34,104 nucleotides of DNA from Pseudoduganella sp. (GTDB lineage: Bacteria; Pseudomonadota; Gammaproteobacteria; Burkholderiales; Burkholderiaceae_D): NCBI GenBank assembly GCA_036386715.1, contig DASVVD010000364.1, forward strand, positions 1 to 34,104, given 5' to 3'. Both the position numbers and the translations under genes were made by a program. The notes under the pieces are model-generated. The model was given only the letters and a program-made list of their open reading frames with translations, ran no database searches and was not told the DNA's origin. Below, one piece after another: positions 29,630 through 34,104 of the stretch; the first letter of the stretch is position 1; each line of letters begins with the position of its first letter.

Positions 29630-31126
29630 ATGGCGAGACGCCGGCTAGTAGTGGAAATTCCGGCACTCGGGGCAGTCGATCGCACCCGCGGCAGTGTCGG
29701 GCGACAATTGGCGGATGTGCTTCGTGGCGCCATCGGCAACGGACAGCTGCGGGCCGGCGAGCGGCTGCCGTCCAGCAGGGCCCTGGCCGAATCCCTGAAC
29801 CTGTCCCGCGGGACGGTGAGCGAAGCGTACGACCAGCTGGTCGCCGAGGGATTCCTGGATGCCCGGGCAGGTTCCGGCACGCGCGTCGCGCCCGGCCTGG
29901 GCGAAGCGGCATTCGCCACGCAACCCATGCCGGACGAGTCCCCGGGGCAGGACCCGTTGCTTCCTGTGCCGGCCGCGCGGTACGCCGCCATGGCGGCCGG
30001 GCTTACGCCCTTGTCGCAGGTGCCTTTTTCGGTGGCCGTGCCGGATGGCGACGTGGCGATGGACGATCACTGGCGCCGGCTCGGCAATCGCGTTCGCGCC
30101 TCGCAGGCTGCCATGCCGTCCGGCTATCCGGACCCGCAGGGCCTGCCAGCCTTGCGGGAAGCCATCGCGGACTACCTGCGGCGGGCACGCGCCGTGAGAA
30201 CCGGTGCCGCGAACATCGTCATCACCGAAGGAACCCAGCAGGGCCTGTACCTGGCCGCCAAGGTGCTGCTGGCCGCCGGCGATGCCGCATGGGCCGAAGA
30301 CCCCGCCTATCCGGGACTGACTTCGGTGCTGGAAGACCGGGGCGTGCGGGTGCACCGGATCCCCGTGGACAGGCAGGGACTGGACGTTGCGGCCGGCATG
30401 GCGGCCTGCCCCGACGCCAGGGTGGCCTTCGTGACACCGTCGCACCAGTACCCGATGGGCATGCCACTGAGCATGCCCAGGCGCCTGGCACTCGTCGAGT
30501 GGGCCCGGCGGCATGGCGGCTGGATCGTGGAAGACGACTACGACAGCGAATTGCGCTATGCCGGCCAGCCGTTCCCGGCGATGCAGGGGCTGGACAGCGG
30601 CAGGGTGGTCTACCTGGGCTCGTTCAGCAAGGTGCTGGCGCCTTCGCTGCGGCTCGGCTACATCGTGGCACCCGATTGCCTGGTCCAGGCCTTTGCCGGT
30701 GCGCGCAGCCTGATGGGGCGAGGTTCGCCATCCATGGAGCAGCATGTCATCGCGGCCTACATGCGCGAGGGATATTTCGAAACGCATATCCGGCGGATTC
30801 GCGGCATCTATGCCGAACGGCGCGAGGTGCTGATGGATGCGCTGTGGGCCGAGCTGCCCCGGTTGCGCATCGAACCCGCCGACCAGGGCATGCACATCGT
30901 TGCCTGGCTTCCCGAGGGCCTGGACGATGTCGCGATCGCGTCGGCGGCCTGCGAGGCAGGTGTCGCCTTGCGGGCACTGTCGCCCATGTGCTCCAGCAAC
31001 CTGCGGTACGCCGCCCTGATGCTGGGCTTCGGCGGCTTTACCGCCAGGGAATTGCAAGACGCCGTGCGAACGCTGCGCCGTGTGCTGGGCCGATTCATGA
31101 ACGTCGATGCCGGTCATCCGCCTTGA
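29630..31126 (+). CDS. MocR/GabR family regulator (GntR HTH plus PLP aminotransferase-like domain)
   Basis: GERLPSSRALA...SRGTVSEAYDQLVAEG; VTPSHQYPMG, WIVEDDYDSE, YLGSFSKVLAPSLRLGY. Confidence 0.93.
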   Translation: MARRRLVVEIPALGAVDRTRGSVGRQLADVLRGAIGNGQLRAGERLPSSRALAESLNLSRGTVSEAYDQLVAEGFLDARAGSGTRVAPGLGEAAFATQPMPDESPGQDPLLPVPAARYAAMAAGLTPLSQVPFSVAVPDGDVAMDDHWRRLGNRVRASQAAMPSGYPDPQGLPALREAIADYLRRARAVRTGAANIVITEGTQQGLYLAAKVLLAAGDAAWAEDPAYPGLTSVLEDRGVRVHRIPVDRQGLDVAAGMAACPDARVAFVTPSHQYPMGMPLSMPRRLALVEWARRHGGWIVEDDYDSELRYAGQPFPAMQGLDSGRVVYLGSFSKVLAPSLRLGYIVAPDCLVQAFAGARSLMGRGSPSMEQHVIAAYMREGYFETHIRRIRGIYAERREVLMDALWAELPRLRIEPADQGMHIVAWLPEGLDDVAIASAACEAGVALRALSPMCSSNLRYAALMLGFGGFTARELQDAVRTLRRVLGRFMNVDAGHPP

Positions 31127-31478
31127 TGCGGGGCAGGGAACGGCATAGGGCTTTGCCCGATTTGCCAGTGCCCGACTTTGCCTGGCCGCTTGACATGCCA
31201 AAGAAGGAAGTTCACAGATTCCGGATCGGCGTCCTTGCCACGTATCGTTTCGACAACGCCGCAATTCGGCGTGCAGAAAGTACTGCTGAGCTTGCGACCC
31301 GCGCCAGTTCGTTATCTGTTGATACCAAATAGTGCAACGAAGGCATTCGATCGGAAAGCCGGTAAACAATGTTAAGAAATTCTTAAATTCTGGTTGCTTT
31401 AGGAAAGCGTCTGGTTACAGTAGAGCTGCACTTGCTGAAAATGAAATCACCTTTCCAACATCTACCAGGGAGTTGACT

Positions 31479-32135
31479 GTGCGTATTCCAAGTTCTGTCT
31501 CGACCGCAATCCTTTCCGCAATGCTGTTGTGCGCCGCTGGTGCCGCGCAAGCAGGAATCACCACTTACACCAGCCAGAGTGCCTACCTGGCCGCCGTCGG
31601 CAATACCGGTGTCGATACATTCGACGACCTGGAAGTGCGCTCGTATCAGGGGCCACTGGATCGCTTCGCGGGGGACTATGGCTATACCGTTTCCGCCGGC
31701 CCCGAAGCAACGACAGTCTGGGGCGCTAGCGATGACCTCTCGGACATGTGGCTGACCGGCGACAATCGTCTGGACGTTGTGTCGTTCGCCGCATCGACCC
31801 CGATCGCCGGTGCTGGCGGCTACTTTTTCGGCTCCGACCTCTTTGGTTCCTCCACACAGGCGGAATTCGTCACCCTGACCGCAACCGACAGCACCGGCGC
31901 GACGGTAACGTACACGCTGGATGCACCAGGCTTCGATTCGTTCGTCGGTTTCGTTTCAACCGACAATCTGGTCTCGCTGACGATGGCGACAGGCGATCAA
32001 CCGGGCGTATGGGCCACCGTGAACGACCTGCACCTGTCTGTCGCGGCCGTACCGGAGCCAAGTACCTACGGCATGCTGCTGGGTGGGCTGAGTCTGGTCG
32101 GCTACATGGCGCGCCGTAAAGCGAAAAAAGGCTGA
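31479..32135 (+). CDS. PEP-CTERM sorting-domain surface protein
   Basis: GTG start after AGGGAG; signal peptide ending AAQA; C-terminal VPEPSTYGMLLGGLSLVGYMARRKAKKG. Confidence 0.9.
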   Translation: MRIPSSVSTAILSAMLLCAAGAAQAGITTYTSQSAYLAAVGNTGVDTFDDLEVRSYQGPLDRFAGDYGYTVSAGPEATTVWGASDDLSDMWLTGDNRLDVVSFAASTPIAGAGGYFFGSDLFGSSTQAEFVTLTATDSTGATVTYTLDAPGFDSFVGFVSTDNLVSLTMATGDQPGVWATVNDLHLSVAAVPEPSTYGMLLGGLSLVGYMARRKAKKG

Positions 32136-32201
32136 TCGAGTATCCGGCATCCGCAATACCGCGGCTCGCAGCGCCGGCCGCAGTGGCGATGCCTGCGCCA
32201 T

Positions 32202-32235
32202 AAAAAAAAGCCCGCCCTCGCGAGAGGGCAGGCTT
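32202..32235 (-). terminator. Rho-independent terminator for the M20 operon
   Basis: AAGCCCGCCCTC-GCGA-GAGGGCAGGCTT hairpin preceded by an A8 run (U tract on the minus strand). Confidence 0.8.
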
Positions 32236-32258
32236 CACGCAGCGAAAACGCGGCTGAA

Positions 32259-33491
32259 TCAGTCCAGCAAATCGAACAGCGTGCGCGCCACGACCTTGGT
32301 CGCGCGCCGCAGGTCTTCCAGCGAGATGTGCTCGTCGCCGCGCTTGGCGTTGCTTTCCGAAACCGTGCGCGGGCCGGTGCCGTACAGCACGGCCGGGATG
32401 CCGGCTTCGCCGAACAGGCGCGCATCGGTGTACAGCGGGGTGCCGGCGGCGCCGATCGGCTCGTCGAACACGGCGGTGGCGTGGCGCGACAGTGCGTCGA
32501 CCAGCGGCACATTGCCCGGCAGCGGCTGCAGCGCCTTGGACAGCAGCATCTGGCGGATCTCGACGGTCACGCCCTGCAGGTCGGCCACGGCATCCTTGAT
32601 CACGCGGTGCAGCTTGGCTTCCACTTCGGCCGGGTTCTCTTCCGGGATCATGCGGCGGTCGACCTTCATGACGACCTTGCCCGGCACCACGTTGGTGTTG
32701 GTGCCGCCTTCGATCAGCCCGATGTTCACGTACGGGTGGTTGATGCCCGGCACCTGGCTGCGCACTTCCTTGTACTGGCGGTTCTGGTCGTACAGCGCGG
32801 TCAGGATCTTCGTGGCGGCCTGCAGCGCGTCGACGCCGGTTTCCGGCACGGCCGCGTGGCCCGACTTGCCGTGCACCGTGACTTCCATCTGCAGGCAGCC
32901 GTTGTGCGCGGTCACGACCTGGTAGCTGAAGCCGGCGGCGATCAGCAGGTCCGGTTTCACCAGCTTGTTCTCCAGCAGGAAGCCCGGGCCCAGTTCGCCG
33001 CCGAATTCCTCGTCGTACGTGAAGTACAGTTCCACGCCGCCTTTCAACGGCACGCCCAGTGCTTCCAGCGCGCGAGTGGCGAACGTGAAGGTGGCGAAGT
33101 CGCACTTCGACACGGCGGCGGCGCGGCCATACAGCTTGCCGTCGACCACGTTGCCGCCATACGGTGCCTGGGTCCAGCCTTCGCCCGGCGGCACCACGTC
33201 GCCGTGGGCGTTCAGGCCCACGGTGCGGCCTTCGCCATATTTGCGGCGCACCACCAGGTTGGTGATCGTCTCCAGGCCGGCCGCGCGGGTGCGCTCGGCC
33301 GGCACGGCGTGCTGCTCGGCCTCGAAGCCGAATTCCTTCAGCAGTTCGGCGGTGCGCTCGGCGTGCGGCGCGTTGTTGCCCGGCGGCGTGTCGGTCGGCA
33401 CGCGCACCAGTTCCTGCAGGAAGCGCACTTCCTCGTCGAAATGCGCGTCGATCCAGGCGTCGAGGGAAGCGTAAGGGGCAGAAGTGGTCAT
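32259..33491 (-). CDS. M20 family metallo-amidohydrolase (ArgE/DapE-like)
   Basis: LNAHGDVVPPG, GKLYGRAAAVSKCD, TYDEEFGG, HGKSGHAA, GGTNTNVVPG. Confidence 0.9.
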   Translation of the reverse strand: MTTSAPYASLDAWIDAHFDEEVRFLQELVRVPTDTPPGNNAPHAERTAELLKEFGFEAEQHAVPAERTRAAGLETITNLVVRRKYGEGRTVGLNAHGDVVPPGEGWTQAPYGGNVVDGKLYGRAAAVSKCDFATFTFATRALEALGVPLKGGVELYFTYDEEFGGELGPGFLLENKLVKPDLLIAAGFSYQVVTAHNGCLQMEVTVHGKSGHAAVPETGVDALQAATKILTALYDQNRQYKEVRSQVPGINHPYVNIGLIEGGTNTNVVPGKVVMKVDRRMIPEENPAEVEAKLHRVIKDAVADLQGVTVEIRQMLLSKALQPLPGNVPLVDALSRHATAVFDEPIGAAGTPLYTDARLFGEAGIPAVLYGTGPRTVSESNAKRGDEHISLEDLRRATKVVARTLFDLLD

Positions 33492-33492
33492 G

Positions 33493-34104
33493 TCAGGTCA
33501 GGTCCGTGGCAAGTTGGTTGAGAAGGTTCTGGAATGCGCGCACGCACAGTTCCGTATCGTCGTTGGTGATCGATTCCAGCGGGTTGTGGCTGATGCCGGC
33601 GTTCAGGCCGCGCAGGAACAGCATGGCCTGCGGCATCACGCGGTGCAGCATCATCGCGTCGTGGCCGGCGCCGCTCGGCAGCCGGAACACCGGCAGGCCT
33701 AGCGCCTCGACCGCGCTTTCCCAGCGCAGGCGCCATTCCGGCGCGCACGGCGCGGCATCGGCCTGCATGGTTTCTTCCAGCGTGAACGCCAGGCCGCGGC
33801 GCTCGCAGATCGCTTTCAGTTCGTTGCGGATGTCTTCCGCGGCGGCGTCGCGCACCTCATTGGTGGTGGCACGCACGTCGAGGCTGAAGCGGCAGCGGCC
33901 GGGCACCACGTTGATCGAGCCGTTCGGCACTTCCAGCATGCCGACAGTGGCGACCAGGTCGGCCACGGCACCGCCGCGCTTTTCAACGTACAGGGCCAGC
34001 TCAGAAGCGCCGGTGGCGGCGTCGCGGCGCCGGTCCATCGGGGTAGTGCCGGCATGGCTGGCCATGCCGATGATCTCGCCGACATAGCGCACGCTGCCGT
34101 TGAT
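33493..34104 (-). CDS. Allantoate amidohydrolase / hydantoin carbamoylase family, partial (5' end outside the window)
   Basis: GMASHAGTTPMDRRRDA, ATVGMLEVPNGSINVVPG, LPSGAGHDAM, GISHNPLE; frame open to the window edge. Confidence 0.88.
   Translation of the reverse strand: MNGSVRYVGEIIGMASHAGTTPMDRRRDAATGASELALYVEKRGGAVADLVATVGMLEVPNGSINVVPGRCRFSLDVRATTNEVRDAAAEDIRNELKAICERRGLAFTLEETMQADAAPCAPEWRLRWESAVEALGLPVFRLPSGAGHDAMMLHRVMPQAMLFLRGLNAGISHNPLESITNDDTELCVRAFQNLLNQLATDLT

Noticed and set aside
31330-31478. Sigma54 promoter upstream of the PEP-CTERM gene, and the ORF extension to 31332
   Set aside because: No convincing TGGCAC-N5-TTGC spacing found; the extension precedes the RBS and signal peptide at GTG 31479.

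Overview
High-GC betaproteobacterial chromosome segment; gene content and the PEP-CTERM protein suggest Oxalobacteraceae (Massilia-like), which is an inference. From left to right: (1) a lower-GC strip (1-~1790) of small co-oriented minus-strand genes (VOC/PhnB-like, membrane protein, a frameshifted YwqG-like gene, DUF4279), each separated by a copy of a degenerate ~57-61 bp palindromic repeat, giving a gene-cassette-like array without canonical attC cores; (2) a Fur-boxed TonB-dependent siderophore receptor; (3) a 3-ketoglycoside-type sugar catabolism cluster (PAS-AraC, GMC flavoprotein with Tat small subunit, two TIM-barrel enzymes, ABC transporter, Gfo/Idh/MocA, divergent DUF1080); (4) a LysR gene and the gcl-hyi-glxR-glycerate kinase-pyk glyoxylate operon; (5) accessory singletons (DUF4256, bacterial PH-domain protein, GNAT, S41 protease); (6) a single 847-aa ORF fusing a sulfite-oxidase-family molybdoenzyme to a CYP152-type P450 peroxygenase; (7) a PaiB/MocR pair, a PEP-CTERM protein, an M20 hydrolase and a partial allantoate amidohydrolase-like gene. 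The two most notable observations are the molybdoenzyme-CYP152 fusion and the repeat-delimited cassette array. All family assignments come from motif recognition by eye; no database searches were run.
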